32,000 nucleotides of DNA from positions 2,580,001-2,612,000 of the forward strand of contig NZ_CP011041.1 in NCBI RefSeq assembly GCF_002310835.1, read 5' to 3'. Every line of letters begins with the position of its first letter. The first letter of the stretch is position 1. A program made the position numbers and the translations under genes. This DNA is from Pseudoalteromonas tetraodonis (lineage in GTDB: Bacteria; Pseudomonadota; Gammaproteobacteria; Enterobacterales; Alteromonadaceae). The notes beneath the pieces were generated by a model. It made no database searches. It saw only the letters and a list, made by a program, of their open reading frames with translations, and had not been told where the DNA came from. Below are positions 1 through 10,610 of the stretch, piece after piece.

Positions 1-930
1 TTCTTTAAGGAACTTAATCGAATTAGACTTACCTTGGCCAACTTTGTTGCCATTGTAGCTATACCAAGCACCTGCTTTTTCAACAAGTTTGTGCTTAACA
101 CCTAAATCAATCAGCTCACCCTGCTTAGAAATACCTTCACCATACATAATGATAAATTCAGCTTGTTTAAACGGCGGTGCAACTTTGTTTTTAACAATTT
201 TAACGCGCGTTTCATTACCAACAACCTCGTCGCCTTCTTTTACCGAACCAATACGACGAATATCAATACGTACAGAGGCGTAAAATTTCAGGGCGTTACC
301 ACCGGTTGTTGTTTCAGGGTTACCAAACATTACACCAATTTTCATACGGATTTGGTTAATGAAAATACATAGCGTGTTTGAGCGCTTAATGTTACCAGTC
401 AGCTTACGTAATGCTTGTGACATTAAACGTGCTTGTAAGCCCATGTGTGAATCACCCATGTCGCCTTCAATTTCAGCTTTTGGCGTTAATGCTGCAACCG
501 AATCGACAATAACCACATCAACCGCGCTTGAACGCACTAACATGTCACATATTTCCAGTGCTTGCTCACCCGTATCTGGTTGAGATACCAGTAACTCATC
601 AATGTTAACGCCTAGTTTTTGTGCATAAATTGGATCAAGAGCATGCTCAGCATCAACAAAGGCACACGTTTTACCTTCTTTTTGAGCTTCAGCGATAACT
701 TGCAATGTTAGCGTTGTTTTACCTGATGACTCTGGGCCATATACTTCAACAATACGCCCCATTGGTAAGCCGCCTATGCCTAAAGCAATATCAATACCTA
801 GCGAGCCTGTTGATACAGCGTCAATGTTTAACGCCTTGTTATCACCCAATTTCATAATTGAGCCTTTACCAAATTGACGTTCAATTTGTGATAAAGCTGC
901 GTCCAATGCTTTTTGTTTGTTATCGTTCAT
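1..930 (-). CDS. recA: recombinase RecA, first 310 codons; the C-terminus lies beyond the window edge
   Basis: Absent from the ORF track because it runs off the edge. Reverse translation from the ATG (complement of 928-930) gives [30 protein letters not shown]...[13 protein letters not shown] (Walker A)...[32 protein letters not shown]. This is collinear with E. coli RecA as I recall it. GGAG-type RBS (complement of 935-940). Confidence 0.97.
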   Translation of the reverse strand, partial: MNDNKQKALDAALSQIERQFGKGSIMKLGDNKALNIDAVSTGSLGIDIALGIGGLPMGRIVEVYGPESSGKTTLTLQVIAEAQKEGKTCAFVDAEHALDPIYAQKLGVNIDELLVSQPDTGEQALEICDMLVRSSAVDVVIVDSVAALTPKAEIEGDMGDSHMGLQARLMSQALRKLTGNIKRSNTLCIFINQIRMKIGVMFGNPETTTGGNALKFYASVRIDIRRIGSVKEGDEVVGNETRVKIVKNKVAPPFKQAEFIIMYGEGISKQGELIDLGVKHKLVEKAGAWYSYNGNKVGQGKSNSIKFLKE

Positions 931-960
931 TTTACTCTCCAAATCCAGCTAATGCAGACA

Positions 961-988
961 AGTATACTGTATGAAATCACAGTATCAA
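961..988 (-). promoter_or_regulatory. recA promoter with embedded LexA (SOS) box
   Basis: On the minus strand the region reads TTGATA-16 nt-TATACT. Inside it, 965-984 is tactgtatgaaatcacagta, which matches the CTGT-N8-ACAG LexA consensus. It is nearly the same as the E. coli recA operator TACTGTATGAGCATACAGTA. It lies about 35-55 nt upstream of the recA ATG. Confidence 0.85.
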
Positions 989-998
989 GCTAATTTTA

Positions 999-1487
999 TT
1001 ATTTTATCTTCTCTATTATACTTTTCAATGAAAATACAATAGCTTGCAGCCTAACTTGCGCCCTATCTCCATCAAATACTTGCTCAAACGTCCAGTGTTT
1101 ACCGTTAATTTGTAGGCCAAACCACACAAGCCCTACCGGTTTGCCCTCAGTGGCACCATCGGGACCTGCAATTCCTGAAATAGCAATGCCAATATCAGCA
1201 TTAGCCGCCTTACATGCACCTGCTGCCATCTCAATGACTGTTTGTTCGCTCACCGCGCCAAATTCCTCGAGGGTATCACGCTTCACATTGAGCAATTCAT
1301 GCTTTGCGTTATTGCTATAAGTGACAAATGCGCGGTCAATATATGCAGAGCTTCCGGGGGTATCGGTAAGCGAATAACTCACTCCACCACCAGTACATGA
1401 TTCAGCGGTAGTGATCCATAAGCGTTTATCCGTTAAAATAGCGCCTAATTGCGCAGCAAGTGTCTTAATCTCTTGATGTAATTCCAT
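999..1487 (-). CDS. pncC: CinA C-terminal-domain protein / NMN amidohydrolase PncC
   Basis: From [15 protein letters not shown]...[12 protein letters not shown]...[13 protein letters not shown]...ISGIAGPDG...KPVGLVWF the protein is collinear with E. coli PncC (YgaD), which also sits directly upstream of recA. I chose the ATG at 1487 rather than the ORF-track start at 1550, because the extra 21 residues have no counterpart in PncC. Confidence 0.85.
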   Translation of the reverse strand: MELHQEIKTLAAQLGAILTDKRLWITTAESCTGGGVSYSLTDTPGSSAYIDRAFVTYSNNAKHELLNVKRDTLEEFGAVSEQTVIEMAAGACKAANADIGIAISGIAGPDGATEGKPVGLVWFGLQINGKHWTFEQVFDGDRAQVRLQAIVFSLKSIIEKIK

Positions 1488-1508
1488 ATTCAGCCTTTGG
1501 GTAAATAC

Positions 1509-4094
1509 ATGTCGTTTGATCTTTATGCACCGCACACTATAAAACAACAAACCCCTATGATGCAGCAGTATCTAAAAATAAAATCAGAGCATCGCGATAT
1601 TTTATTGTTTTATCGGATGGGGGATTTTTACGAACTCTTTTTTGACGACGCAAAACGCGCCGCGCAATTGCTTGATATTTCACAAACACATCGTGGCAAA
1701 GCCGGCGGCGATCCTATTCCTATGGCGGGCGTGCCTTATCATGCAGTAGAAAACTATTTAGCCCGCTTAGTACAAATGGGCGAGTCGGTGGCTATTTGTG
1801 AGCAAGTGGGCGACCCAGCCACCAGCAAAGGTCCTGTTGAGCGCAAGGTAGTACGTATTGTCACCCCAGGTACCATTTCTGACGAAGCCTTACTGCAAGA
1901 ACGCCAAGACAACCTTTTAACCAGTGTTTGGCAAAATAAAAAAGGCCAATACGGTATTGCGTATCTTGATATCAACTCAGGGCGCTTTAATGTTGTTGAA
2001 GTAAACACTGATGAAGCATTTAGCTCAACGCTACAACGCTTAGCGCCTGCTGAATTACTGTATAGCGAACACTTTGAAAACACTCACTTAATTGAACACA
2101 TTAAAGGGGCAAGACGTCGCCCTGATTGGGAGTTTGACCTTGATACCGCGCAACACTTACTGTGCGAGCAGTTTGGGACCAAAGATTTAGTGGGATTTGG
2201 CGTCGACAAAGCACATAGCGCCTTGGTGGCAGCAGGCTGTTTAATGCAGTACGTAAAAGATACCCAACGTATTGCATTACCGCACATCCGCGCAATCACT
2301 CTTGAGCATAACGAACACGCGGTTATTTTGGATGCGCCAACCCGTAAAAACCTTGAGTTAACGGTTAATTTATCCGGCGGCTTTGAAAACACCTTAGCCC
2401 AAGTGCTTGATAAAACAGCAACGGCGATGGGCTCGCGATTACTTAAACGTCGCATTCATACTCCTATTCGTAATAAAGATGAACTCAACTCACGACTTAA
2501 TGCTATTACTGCTATTTTAGATGCACAATTATGTGGTGAACTGCATGACGCGCTCAAAGAGATTGGTGATATAGAACGTGTAATTGCTCGCTTGGCATTA
2601 CATACCGCTCGCCCACGCGATTTAACACGGCTTCGCAGTGCGCTTCAAGCATTGGCGCCACTGCATAGCTTATTAAACGATGCAACTGATACACGTATTT
2701 CACATATAATTACGCATTCTAAAGAGCTTCCTGAGCTACAAGCATTACTTGAACGTGCTGTCATTGATAATCCGCCAGTGTTAATTCGTGATGGCGGTGT
2801 TATTGCGCCAGGGTATAACAGCGAACTCGATGAGTGGCGTAATTTAAGCCAAGGTGCCACCGATGTGCTTGAACAGCTAGAGCAGCGCGAACGTGAACGC
2901 ACCGGTATTAGTACACTTAAAATTGGTTACAACCGCGTGCATGGCTTTTTTATTGAAGTGAGTCGCGCCAACTCGCACTTAGTGCCTGCAGATTACATTC
3001 GTCGTCAAACATTAAAAAATAACGAACGCTATATAATCCCAGAACTAAAAGAACACGAAGACAAAGTTCTCGGCAGCCAATCAAAAGCGCTGGCCCTTGA
3101 AAAACAATTATACGAACAGTTATTTGAATTTATAGCTCCGCATATTGAGCAGCTACAAATAATGGCCTCAGTAATTGCCGATCTAGATGTACTAAATAAC
3201 TTAGCAGAGCGTGCCCAAACACTTAATTATGCCAAGCCTGAGCTTTGCGATAACGATAATATCAGCATTAAACAAGGCCGCCACCCTGTGGTAGAGCAGG
3301 TAATGAAAGACCCGTTTATTGCCAATCCTGTGGAGCTCAATAACCAGCGTAAAATGTTGATTATTACCGGCCCTAACATGGGCGGTAAATCAACCTACAT
3401 GCGCCAAACTGCACTTATTGTGCTTATGGCACATATTGGCTGTTACGTTCCTGCCAATAGCGCTAAAATTGGTAATATAGATAGAATATTTACCCGTATT
3501 GGCGCCAGTGACGACTTAGCATCTGGGCGTTCAACCTTCATGGTTGAAATGACCGAAACCGCGGCTATTTTAAATAATGCCACCGCGCAATCATTGGTGC
3601 TTATGGATGAAATAGGCCGAGGAACCAGCACTTACGATGGTTTATCACTGGCGTACGCGACGGCTGATCACCTCGCTTCAAAAATAGCGGCTAAAACCCT
3701 GTTTGCAACCCATTACTTTGAACTTACAGAGCTTGCAGAGCAAACGCCTGGGCTGGTTAATGTGCACCTAGATGCCATCGAACACAACGATACCATTGCC
3801 TTTATGCATACGGTATTAGATGGCGCAGCGAGTAAGAGCTTTGGTTTGCAAGTAGCAGCACTGGCCGGGGTGCCTAAAGCGGTTATTGCCCAAGCTAAAC
3901 AAAAGCTAAGCTTGCTTGAAAACCATCAAAGTGTCACCACAGTCACTACAGAGCAACAGGTTTTACCGTTTGATAGTGAGCCACAAACCAGCCAGCCAAG
4001 TGAGCTGGAGCAACAAATGAGTGCAATAGACCCTGATAACCTATCACCGCGTCAGGCGCATGAACTGCTTTATAAATTAAAAGCACTGCTTTAA
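1509..4094 (+). CDS. mutS: DNA mismatch repair protein MutS
   Basis: Full-length collinearity with E. coli MutS: [23 protein letters not shown], Walker [35 protein letters not shown]. The track start at 1497 is a TTG, so I prefer the ATG at 1509 ([10 protein letters not shown]...). The C-terminal QQVLPF resembles a beta-clamp-binding motif. Confidence 0.96.
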   Translation: MSFDLYAPHTIKQQTPMMQQYLKIKSEHRDILLFYRMGDFYELFFDDAKRAAQLLDISQTHRGKAGGDPIPMAGVPYHAVENYLARLVQMGESVAICEQVGDPATSKGPVERKVVRIVTPGTISDEALLQERQDNLLTSVWQNKKGQYGIAYLDINSGRFNVVEVNTDEAFSSTLQRLAPAELLYSEHFENTHLIEHIKGARRRPDWEFDLDTAQHLLCEQFGTKDLVGFGVDKAHSALVAAGCLMQYVKDTQRIALPHIRAITLEHNEHAVILDAPTRKNLELTVNLSGGFENTLAQVLDKTATAMGSRLLKRRIHTPIRNKDELNSRLNAITAILDAQLCGELHDALKEIGDIERVIARLALHTARPRDLTRLRSALQALAPLHSLLNDATDTRISHIITHSKELPELQALLERAVIDNPPVLIRDGGVIAPGYNSELDEWRNLSQGATDVLEQLEQRERERTGISTLKIGYNRVHGFFIEVSRANSHLVPADYIRRQTLKNNERYIIPELKEHEDKVLGSQSKALALEKQLYEQLFEFIAPHIEQLQIMASVIADLDVLNNLAERAQTLNYAKPELCDNDNISIKQGRHPVVEQVMKDPFIANPVELNNQRKMLIITGPNMGGKSTYMRQTALIVLMAHIGCYVPANSAKIGNIDRIFTRIGASDDLASGRSTFMVEMTETAAILNNATAQSLVLMDEIGRGTSTYDGLSLAYATADHLASKIAAKTLFATHYFELTELAEQTPGLVNVHLDAIEHNDTIAFMHTVLDGAASKSFGLQVAALAGVPKAVIAQAKQKLSLLENHQSVTTVTTEQQVLPFDSEPQTSQPSELEQQMSAIDPDNLSPRQAHELLYKLKALL

Positions 4095-4098
4095 ACGC

Positions 4099-4137
4099 AT
4101 ACAGCCCGGCTTAAAAAGCCGGGCTGTATTCATTTTT
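4099..4137. terminator. bidirectional rho-independent terminator shared by convergent mutS and rpoS
   Basis: A perfect 12-bp stem, atacagcccggc / gccgggctgtat, with a 7-nt loop. It is followed by a T-run on the plus strand. The only A-rich sequence before the stem is TTTAAACGC, so the minus-strand T tract is weak. Confidence 0.75.
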
Positions 4138-4155
4138 CTGTGTGTTTAGATTAGA

Positions 4156-5208
4156 TTAAGCAAATTGTTCAAATAAGCTTTCGGTACTTAATCCTTCTTG
4201 CTGCAAAATATCTTTTAACCGACGTAACGCCTCAACCTGTATTTGGCGAACTCGCTCACGGGTTAAGCCTATTTCACGGCCAACATCTTCAAGGGTTGAG
4301 GGTTCATAGCCTAGTAAACCAAACCGACGTGCAAGTACTTCGCGTTGCTTAGGGTTTAATTCACCTAACCAGTCAATAATATGCGTATTCATATCGTTGT
4401 TTTGTACTTCACCTTCGGGGCCTACATTTTTTTCATCAGCTATCACATCTAATAATGCACTGTCATTCTCGCCACCAATGGGCATATCTACAGAGGCTAT
4501 TTTTTCATTTAGGCGTAGCATTTTGGTGACGTCTTCGACCGGTCTATCTAAGCTTTCTGCAATTTCTTCTGCGGTAGGCTCATGATCAAGCTTTTGCGTT
4601 AGCTCACGTGCTGTACGTAAATAAACGTTAAGCTCTTTAACTACATGAATAGGCAAACGAATAGTACGCGTTTGATTCATTATCGCCCGCTCAATGGTTT
4701 GACGTATCCACCATGTAGCATAAGTAGAAAATCGAAAACCACGTTCAGGATCAAACTTTTCAACCGCTCTAATGAGTCCTAAGTTGCCTTCTTCAATTAA
4801 ATCGAGTAGAGCAAGCCCACGATTGTTATACCTGCGCGCAATTTTCACAACCAAGCGTAAGTTACTTTCAATCATGCGTTTACGGGAAGCTTCACAGCCT
4901 TTAAGCGATTTTCGTGCAAAAAAAACTTCTTCTTCGGCACTTAATAGAGGGGAAAAACCAATTTCGCCTAGGTATAACTGAGTGGCGTCGAGGTTTTTAG
5001 TGACTTCTTCTTTAACAAATACGTCTTCATCTTCCACGTCATCAAGTAGTTGCGTTGGCTCTTCAACTTTTGAATCGTCAAACTTATCATCAGTGGGGGT
5101 TTTCTCAGCTTTTGCTACATCAGCCATAAGACTTCTCCTGAGCAAGCTATCAATAACTTTATGATTAAGGTCTGTAGTCGTTTTATTAGCTTTTGCTGTA
5201 TTAGCCAT
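4156..5208 (-). CDS. rpoS: stationary-phase sigma factor RpoS (sigma-38)
   Basis: [61 protein letters not shown] and the region 4 [15 protein letters not shown] are almost identical to E. coli RpoS. The start is ambiguous: ATG at 5208 or the in-frame ATG at 5127. Each has its own GGAG 7 nt upstream (see finding). Confidence 0.95.
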   Translation of the reverse strand: MANTAKANKTTTDLNHKVIDSLLRRSLMADVAKAEKTPTDDKFDDSKVEEPTQLLDDVEDEDVFVKEEVTKNLDATQLYLGEIGFSPLLSAEEEVFFARKSLKGCEASRKRMIESNLRLVVKIARRYNNRGLALLDLIEEGNLGLIRAVEKFDPERGFRFSTYATWWIRQTIERAIMNQTRTIRLPIHVVKELNVYLRTARELTQKLDHEPTAEEIAESLDRPVEDVTKMLRLNEKIASVDMPIGGENDSALLDVIADEKNVGPEGEVQNNDMNTHIIDWLGELNPKQREVLARRFGLLGYEPSTLEDVGREIGLTRERVRQIQVEALRRLKDILQQEGLSTESLFEQFA

Positions 5209-5225
5209 GAGCCTTCTCCAGAACT
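5091..5225 (-). repeat. tandem in-frame duplication (81-bp period) of the rpoS SD, ATG and first codons
   Basis: 5091-5144 and 5172-5225 align without gaps at 40/54 identical by hand count. Each copy contains GGAGAAG-N6-ATGGCT-AT--GCAAAAGCT. Confidence 0.7.
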
Positions 5226-5244
5226 GTCAATCAACACCTTTAGT

Positions 5245-6069
5245 TCAGGGTAGGTATTTAGCAGGGTTAACAGCTTTTCCTCGATAACGAATTTCAAAGC
5301 GAAGTGCCGTTACTGAAGACTCTGAATTACCAATTTCTGCTATTTTTTGTCCCGCCTTCACTATTTGCTTTTCTTTAACAAGTAACTTTGAGTTATGTGC
5401 ATAAGCACTTAGGTAATCATCATTATGTTTCAATATAATTAAATTACCGTAACCTCTTAGTGCACTACCCGCATAGACTACCGTTCCTTGAGCAGCGGCG
5501 AATACTGCCGCCCCCTTTTTATTAGCAATCTGTAGGCCTTTATAACCATTTTCCTTGTTAGAAAAGCGTTGGATTATTTTACCTTTAGCAGGCCAAAACC
5601 AACTCAACTTTCTGTTTGTAGAACCTTGAGACTTGCTAATTTTTTGGTTAGCTTGTTTTTGAACATACCTTCGTTTTTTCGGCTTATCAAGCTCTTTCTT
5701 TAATTTTTTGTTATTTTTTTGTAAATGAGATGGCTTTTTAGCTGGGTGTTTTTGATTCGTTTTTGCTGTAACCCTTGGCTTACTTGGTTCTAAAAGAGAA
5801 ACAACCTGACCAGGAACAATAGTGTAAGGTGATGGAATTGAATTGTTTTTTGCAAGCTCTCTGAAATCTTTTCCGGCACTAAAAGCAATCGAGTAAAGTG
5901 TATCGCCTTTTTGTACTGTGTATTTTCCGCCGTTAATATTAATCCGTGAGGGATAGTCATTAATATTATTATTTAAACTGCTTACCGGAGCGGGAACATG
6001 GCGAGACGAGCATGCACAGAGCAAAACACTAATAAATAAAGCAACATAACAGCGTATTTGTTTATTCAA
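5245..6069 (-). CDS. nlpD: murein hydrolase activator lipoprotein NlpD (LysM + degenerate LytM/M23 domain)
   Basis: Signal peptide with a lipobox (VLLCAC), LysM (YTVQKGDTLYSIAF), a Lys-rich linker, and a C-terminal M23 domain (GLQIANKKGAAVFAAAQGTVVYAG...ILKHNDDYLSAYAHN...RFEIRYRGKAVNP). It occupies the canonical position upstream of rpoS. TTG start (complement of 6067-6069). Confidence 0.9.
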   Translation of the reverse strand: MNKQIRCYVALFISVLLCACSSRHVPAPVSSLNNNINDYPSRININGGKYTVQKGDTLYSIAFSAGKDFRELAKNNSIPSPYTIVPGQVVSLLEPSKPRVTAKTNQKHPAKKPSHLQKNNKKLKKELDKPKKRRYVQKQANQKISKSQGSTNRKLSWFWPAKGKIIQRFSNKENGYKGLQIANKKGAAVFAAAQGTVVYAGSALRGYGNLIILKHNDDYLSAYAHNSKLLVKEKQIVKAGQKIAEIGNSESSVTALRFEIRYRGKAVNPAKYLP

Positions 6070-6110
6070 TGCGTTTTGCCCTCTGCGTTAATAACATTAA
6101 TATATAGTAC

Positions 6111-6689
6111 TTAACGTAATAAAATGTACGCAACAACAATTAAAGCAACAACAGCCCAGCCAAGCACTTCAATATATTGACGTAATTTTTGCTCCATTTT
6201 AACTCCGCCCCATTTCATTAAAGCAGATACTAAAAAGAAACGCGCCCCTCGTCCAACCGCCGATGCAACAATAAAGGGTAAAAACGCCATTTGTAATACC
6301 CCTGCACCAATAGTAAATACCTTATAAGGAATAGGCGAAAACCCGGCTAAAAATACCACCCATACGCCATAATCTTTAAACCATGTAAGTGCCGTATTAA
6401 ATTTATCTTGCCATTGCATTTGTGCAATAAAAGGCTCTACAACAGGTTCAAATAACCAAAACCCTAGTAGATAACCTAGCACGCCGCCAAGCACAGAAGC
6501 TATGGTAGCAAAGCTTGCAAATCGCCATGCTTTACTCGGTTGTGCCAGCGACATAGGCGCTAACATTACATCGGGTGGCACCGGAAAAAAAACCGATTCG
6601 GCAAAGCTCATCCCTGCTAAATAACGTTCTGCATGGCGATGCTTAGCCCACACTAAGGCCATATCATATAACTTGGTAAACAACTTCAA
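6111..6689 (-). CDS. YqaA/DedA-like (SNARE-associated) inner-membrane protein
   Basis: Multi-TM protein. The N-terminus KLFTKLYDMALVWAKHRHAERYLAGMSFAESVFFPVPPDVMLAPM matches the pattern I recall for YqaA-family proteins. TTG start (6687-6689); an alternative ATG lies at 6662. Confidence 0.75.
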   Translation of the reverse strand: MKLFTKLYDMALVWAKHRHAERYLAGMSFAESVFFPVPPDVMLAPMSLAQPSKAWRFASFATIASVLGGVLGYLLGFWLFEPVVEPFIAQMQWQDKFNTALTWFKDYGVWVVFLAGFSPIPYKVFTIGAGVLQMAFLPFIVASAVGRGARFFLVSALMKWGGVKMEQKLRQYIEVLGWAVVALIVVAYILLR

Positions 6690-6698
6690 AATGAATTC

Positions 6699-7337
6699 CT
6701 ATTCAATATCGCCAGGGACCAAAGGTACAAATCTTACTGGCGCAATTACATGCTCGGTAAAGCTATCGCCTTGGCGAATAACCATGGTTAATTTTTGTTC
6801 TGCCTCACCAATGGGGGCGAGTAATACGCCTCCATCTGCAAGTTGTGCGAGTAGTTCTGGAGGGATAATCGTTGCCGCAGCCGTCACAATAATGCCATTG
6901 AATGGCGCTTGCGATTGCCATCCTTGCCAACCGTCACCGTGTTTCATAGTGACATTATATAAATCGAGCTGATGTAATCGACGCTTTGCTTGCCATTGCA
7001 AAGCTTTTATACGCTCAACCGAATACACCTTATCAAAGGTTTTAGCCAGTACCGCGGTTTGATAGCCGGATCCGGTACCAATTTCTAACACTTTACTTTT
7101 CACGCCAGCTAAACGCATCAATTCGGTCATACGGGCAACAATGTAAGGCTGAGAAATAGTTTGTCCTTGCCCTATTGGTAGCGCCGTATTTTGATACGCT
7201 TTGTGCTTTAGTACATCATCAATAAAGATATGCCGAGGAATTTGCGAAATCGCCTTTAAAACCTCCTTATCTTCTACGCCCTCTCGTTGTAATAGGTCTG
7301 AAAGCGCTTGTGCACTGCGGGTATAATTAGCCAGCAC
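6699..7337 (-). CDS. pcm: protein-L-isoaspartate O-methyltransferase
   Basis: [38 protein letters not shown] and GDGWQGW...[10 protein letters not shown] are collinear with E. coli Pcm. GTG start (complement of 7335-7337), overlapping the surE 3' end by 11 nt. Confidence 0.95.
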   Translation of the reverse strand: MLANYTRSAQALSDLLQREGVEDKEVLKAISQIPRHIFIDDVLKHKAYQNTALPIGQGQTISQPYIVARMTELMRLAGVKSKVLEIGTGSGYQTAVLAKTFDKVYSVERIKALQWQAKRRLHQLDLYNVTMKHGDGWQGWQSQAPFNGIIVTAAATIIPPELLAQLADGGVLLAPIGEAEQKLTMVIRQGDSFTEHVIAPVRFVPLVPGDIE

Positions 7338-8091
7338 GGTTGATCTCCAACTCGGCTAACCACTCTCCCACAGCTTTGATACTGTCTTTAGCGGTCATAT
7401 CAACGCTCAATGGGGTGACTGATGCATAGCCATTATTTACAGCATAAAAATCAGTGCCTTCACCGGCATCGCTTTCTGTACCCAAAGAACCATACCAAAA
7501 AATATCGCGTCCCCAAGGATCGCTTTGCTTAGTCATGGTTTCTGCTTTGTGTCGCGCGCCTAAGCGAGTTACCTGAACCCCTTTTAGCTCACTTAAAGGA
7601 ATATCTGGCACATTAATATTGATGATCTGATCTTTAGGCAGTGGATGCGAAGCAAGCCCTTTAATAATATTGACCGTAACGGCTGCTGCCGTTTCAAAGT
7701 GTTCACCATGGTGAGAGCACAAAGACACCGCAATTGCTGGTAAACCCAGATGACGACCTTCAGTCGCCGCAGCAACCGTACCAGAGTAAAGTGTATCGTC
7801 ACCTAAATTGCCGCCGTGGTTAATACCGGCTACCACTAAATCGGGCTTTTCATCCATTAATTGATTCACACCTAAATGCACACAATCCGTTGGCGTGCCA
7901 TTAACCGACATAAAGCCATTGTCGAGTGTCGTTGCACGCAAAGGATTCATTAACGTCAGTGAATTACTTGCGCCACTGCAATTTCTATCTGGCGCAACCA
8001 GCGTTACCTCAGCAATTTGTGTTAATGCTTGGTATAAAACAGCAATACCTTTGGCATTAACACCATCATCATTACTTAATAGAATCTTCAT
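7327..8091 (-). CDS. surE: 5'/3'-nucleotidase SurE
   Basis: [16 protein letters not shown]...[21 protein letters not shown] is canonical SurE. I used the start at M34 of the tracked ORF, because the upstream extension runs into truD. Confidence 0.95.
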   Translation of the reverse strand: MKILLSNDDGVNAKGIAVLYQALTQIAEVTLVAPDRNCSGASNSLTLMNPLRATTLDNGFMSVNGTPTDCVHLGVNQLMDEKPDLVVAGINHGGNLGDDTLYSGTVAAATEGRHLGLPAIAVSLCSHHGEHFETAAAVTVNIIKGLASHPLPKDQIININVPDIPLSELKGVQVTRLGARHKAETMTKQSDPWGRDIFWYGSLGTESDAGEGTDFYAVNNGYASVTPLSVDMTAKDSIKAVGEWLAELEINRAG

Positions 8092-9121
8092 CTGCGTTAT
8101 CCTTTTCTTTTCGCTCGCGAGGACTGGCGTCAGTATAATCAACCAGTTCGCGCAGTAAAGCCGTTGCAAAGCAGCCTTTGGGTAAACCAAAGCTGAGTTT
8201 TAATGTGCGTTCATCAAGTGTTTCTACACTTAGATCTTGGGGGATTAAACGCAGCATTCTGCGCTCGTTTTTAAGCCCTAACTCACCTAAGCCATCACAC
8301 CATGCTTGATACGGTGCCAACCATGTTTTTTCTTGTTCGGTAAGGCCTTTTTCGCTTTTGCCCACCATGGGCGCCGACATCATAATATCGCCAGAGGCAA
8401 GACGTGCAATATTTTCATCGCTGATCGCATCTTCAAAAAACGCATTGCTACCGCTAAGCATAAATACTTCGCGGTGCATGGTTTTAGCAAGGCCATGTTC
8501 TGTCACGCGTAAACTAACAATTTGATTAAACACATGTGAACGTGCTGCAGAAATAATAATGCCTCGCAGCTTTTTATCGCGTATGCGCTCACCGGCAAAC
8601 ATTTTTTCAGCCATGACTAAGTTATGCCCATCACGGCCAAAACGCTGCTCACCAAAATAGTTAGGCACACCGGCACGTACCGCATTTATACGGCACAAAA
8701 TATCAAGCGGCTCGGTTACATTGCGCAAGGTAATGGTAAATCTATTTCCTTTATGGCAACCGGTGCGCAATTTTCGCTCATGGCGCTGCTGCGATACCAC
8801 AAACACGCTTTCGCTGTTGAGCTCAGTAAAGTCAATATGCTTTTTAATCGGTACTTTTACACTAAACCACTGTGAACACACACCATGGCGGTCTTTCATG
8901 CCGGCATAACTTACATCACGTGGCGACACCCCCGCTTTTTGCGCAATGAGTTTAGCTACATACTGAGTGTTTTCGCCTTTTTTTACCACTTGCAAACACA
9001 CATGTTCGCCACTGCCGGTAAACTCTATACCGAGATCTTCATCAACCATAAAGTCTTCTGCGGTGGTTTTAAAGTCGGCTTTAGAAAGCGGCGCACCATA
9101 TAAATAATTTAATTCGCTCAT
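8072..9121 (-). CDS. truD: tRNA pseudouridine(13) synthase TruD
   Basis: The N-terminus ([18 protein letters not shown]...[10 protein letters not shown]) and length (349 aa) match TruD. Its ATG overlaps the ispF stop (ATGA), and its 3' end overlaps the surE start by 20 nt. Confidence 0.93.
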   Translation of the reverse strand: MSELNYLYGAPLSKADFKTTAEDFMVDEDLGIEFTGSGEHVCLQVVKKGENTQYVAKLIAQKAGVSPRDVSYAGMKDRHGVCSQWFSVKVPIKKHIDFTELNSESVFVVSQQRHERKLRTGCHKGNRFTITLRNVTEPLDILCRINAVRAGVPNYFGEQRFGRDGHNLVMAEKMFAGERIRDKKLRGIIISAARSHVFNQIVSLRVTEHGLAKTMHREVFMLSGSNAFFEDAISDENIARLASGDIMMSAPMVGKSEKGLTEQEKTWLAPYQAWCDGLGELGLKNERRMLRLIPQDLSVETLDERTLKLSFGLPKGCFATALLRELVDYTDASPRERKEKDNADEDSIK

Positions 9122-9600
9122 GCGCTTTGTTTACTCATAATGACCACGGCATGGCTTGAAATACCTTCTTTTCGCCCCTCAAACCCGAGCTTTTCAGTGG
9201 TTGTGGCTTTAACATTTATCTGTGAGAGCTCAGCATTTAAATCACTGGCAAGATTGGTTCGCATTGCTTGAATGTGCGGCAGCATTTTTGGTGCTTGTGC
9301 CACAATGGTGACATCCGCATTGCCCAATACATAGCCCTGTTGCTTGGCTAGACTCACTACATGGCGAAGTAAAATACGGCTATCGATATTTTCATATTCA
9401 CTGGCTGTATCTGGAAAGTGCTTACCAATATCGCCCAGCGCTAATGAGCCTAAAATCGCGTCACACAACGCATGAATAGCTACATCACCATCTGAGTGCG
9501 CTAAAAAGCCTTGCGGGTAATCAATTTTTTCGCCGCAGATGGTTAAAGGCCCTTGGCCACCAAACTTATGCACGTCAAAACCATGGCCTATTCGTATCAT
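9118..9600 (-). CDS. ispF: 2-C-methyl-D-erythritol 2,4-cyclodiphosphate synthase
   Basis: [15 protein letters not shown]...[18 protein letters not shown]...DIGKHFPDT is canonical IspF. Its start overlaps the ispD stop in an ATGA. Confidence 0.97.
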   Translation of the reverse strand: MIRIGHGFDVHKFGGQGPLTICGEKIDYPQGFLAHSDGDVAIHALCDAILGSLALGDIGKHFPDTASEYENIDSRILLRHVVSLAKQQGYVLGNADVTIVAQAPKMLPHIQAMRTNLASDLNAELSQINVKATTTEKLGFEGRKEGISSHAVVIMSKQSA

Positions 9601-10298
9601 GTTGCACTCTCATTATTTTGTTTTTGCAGTAAAAAACCTGCTAAGTCTAAATCTTCTGGGGTGGTAATTTTAATATTATCACTGCGCCCCGCCACCAACC
9701 TTACCGGCTTATTTGCCCATTCCATGGCACTGGCTTCATCAGTAATAATTGCCCCATTGGCTAACGCATTTTGCAGTGCTGTTTTGAGCTCGTCATATTT
9801 AAAAAGCTGTGGCGTAAGTGCTTGCCATAAATCATCACGAGGCACTGTTTGCTGCGCATGGCTTTGCCCTCGTTTTATGGTGTCTTTTACTTTGCTGGCT
9901 AAAATACCGCCTTCATCAGCCTGCATGCACTGTGCTATTAGGCGCTCTATATCAGCAATATCAACTAAAGGTCTTGCTGCATCATGCACCAAAACCCAAG
10001 TCGGTGGATTGGCAGCTAAAAACAATAAACTGTTTAATACTGAATCTGCACGCTCTTTACCGCCAATAGAACGCAAGATGCGAGGATCAGATAGCGTAAG
10101 GTCGTCAAAGTAAGGGTCGGTTTCGCTCAAAGCCACCACTATAGAATTTAAATGCGGTAACTGCGATAACTTAGCGAGCGTGTGCTCTAAAATGGTTTTC
10201 CCTGCTAAGGAAATATATTGCTTTGGTGTTGTGTGTTGCATTCTGCTGCCAACACCTGCGGCAGGAACAATAGCTGCAATAGTAAATTTATTTGTCAT
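9597..10298 (-). CDS. ispD: 2-C-methyl-D-erythritol 4-phosphate cytidylyltransferase
   Basis: [12 protein letters not shown] and VLVHDAARP are IspD motifs. I chose the ATG at 10298 ([15 protein letters not shown]); the tracked ORF extends to 10319. Confidence 0.93.
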   Translation of the reverse strand: MTNKFTIAAIVPAAGVGSRMQHTTPKQYISLAGKTILEHTLAKLSQLPHLNSIVVALSETDPYFDDLTLSDPRILRSIGGKERADSVLNSLLFLAANPPTWVLVHDAARPLVDIADIERLIAQCMQADEGGILASKVKDTIKRGQSHAQQTVPRDDLWQALTPQLFKYDELKTALQNALANGAIITDEASAMEWANKPVRLVAGRSDNIKITTPEDLDLAGFLLQKQNNESAT

Positions 10299-10575
10299 GG
10301 TGTTGAGCCGGTAAAACACGAATAAAGGTTTCGTCCGGTTTAATCATTCCTAATTCGTTGCGGGCACGCTCTTCAATACCTTCAAGGCCGAGCTTTAAAT
10401 CTTCTATATCCGCTTTTAATACTTTATTACGCTTGATCAGCTTTTCGTTTGTTTGTTGATGCGATGCCACCGCATTTTTTAGACGGGTGTAGTCTTGCAC
10501 ACCATTATGGCCAAACCAAAGTCTATACTGAATAAAAAGTGCTAAGCACAACAAGCCAAATTGAAAAAATCGCAT
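10288..10575 (-). CDS. ftsB: cell division protein FtsB
   Basis: A 95-aa protein with an N-terminal TM (FQFGLLCLALFIQYRLWFG) and a coiled coil, ending in ARNELGMIKPDETF. It occupies the canonical position upstream of ispD. Confidence 0.9.
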   Translation of the reverse strand: MRFFQFGLLCLALFIQYRLWFGHNGVQDYTRLKNAVASHQQTNEKLIKRNKVLKADIEDLKLGLEGIEERARNELGMIKPDETFIRVLPAQHHDK

Positions 10576-10610
10576 TAAACACTCCTTATTTTAATTTTGA
10601 ATTGTAAGCT

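Noticed and set aside
4095-4155. The mutS-rpoS spacer, known as a hypervariable hotspot of horizontally acquired DNA in Enterobacteriaceae.
   Set aside because: Here it is only 61 bp and is fully explained by one bidirectional terminator hairpin. It carries no cargo.
7327-8190. N-terminal extensions suggested by the ORF track for surE (to 8190), pncC (to 1550), metK (20145), serA (23322), ispD (10319) and serB (30937).
   Set aside because: Homolog N-termini and RBS positions support the shorter starts given in the feature list. The extensions overlap upstream genes or lack an SD.
9553-10113. Long antisense ORFs inside ispD (186 aa). Similar shadow ORFs lie inside mutS (1754-2455, 2645-2902), truD (8306-9103), serA (23516-24184), serB (30132-30738) and tkt (18799-19086).
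   Set aside because: Each lies wholly within, and antisense to, a strongly supported conserved gene. They have Ser/Cys/Arg-rich low-complexity translations and no RBS. These are typical shadow ORFs.
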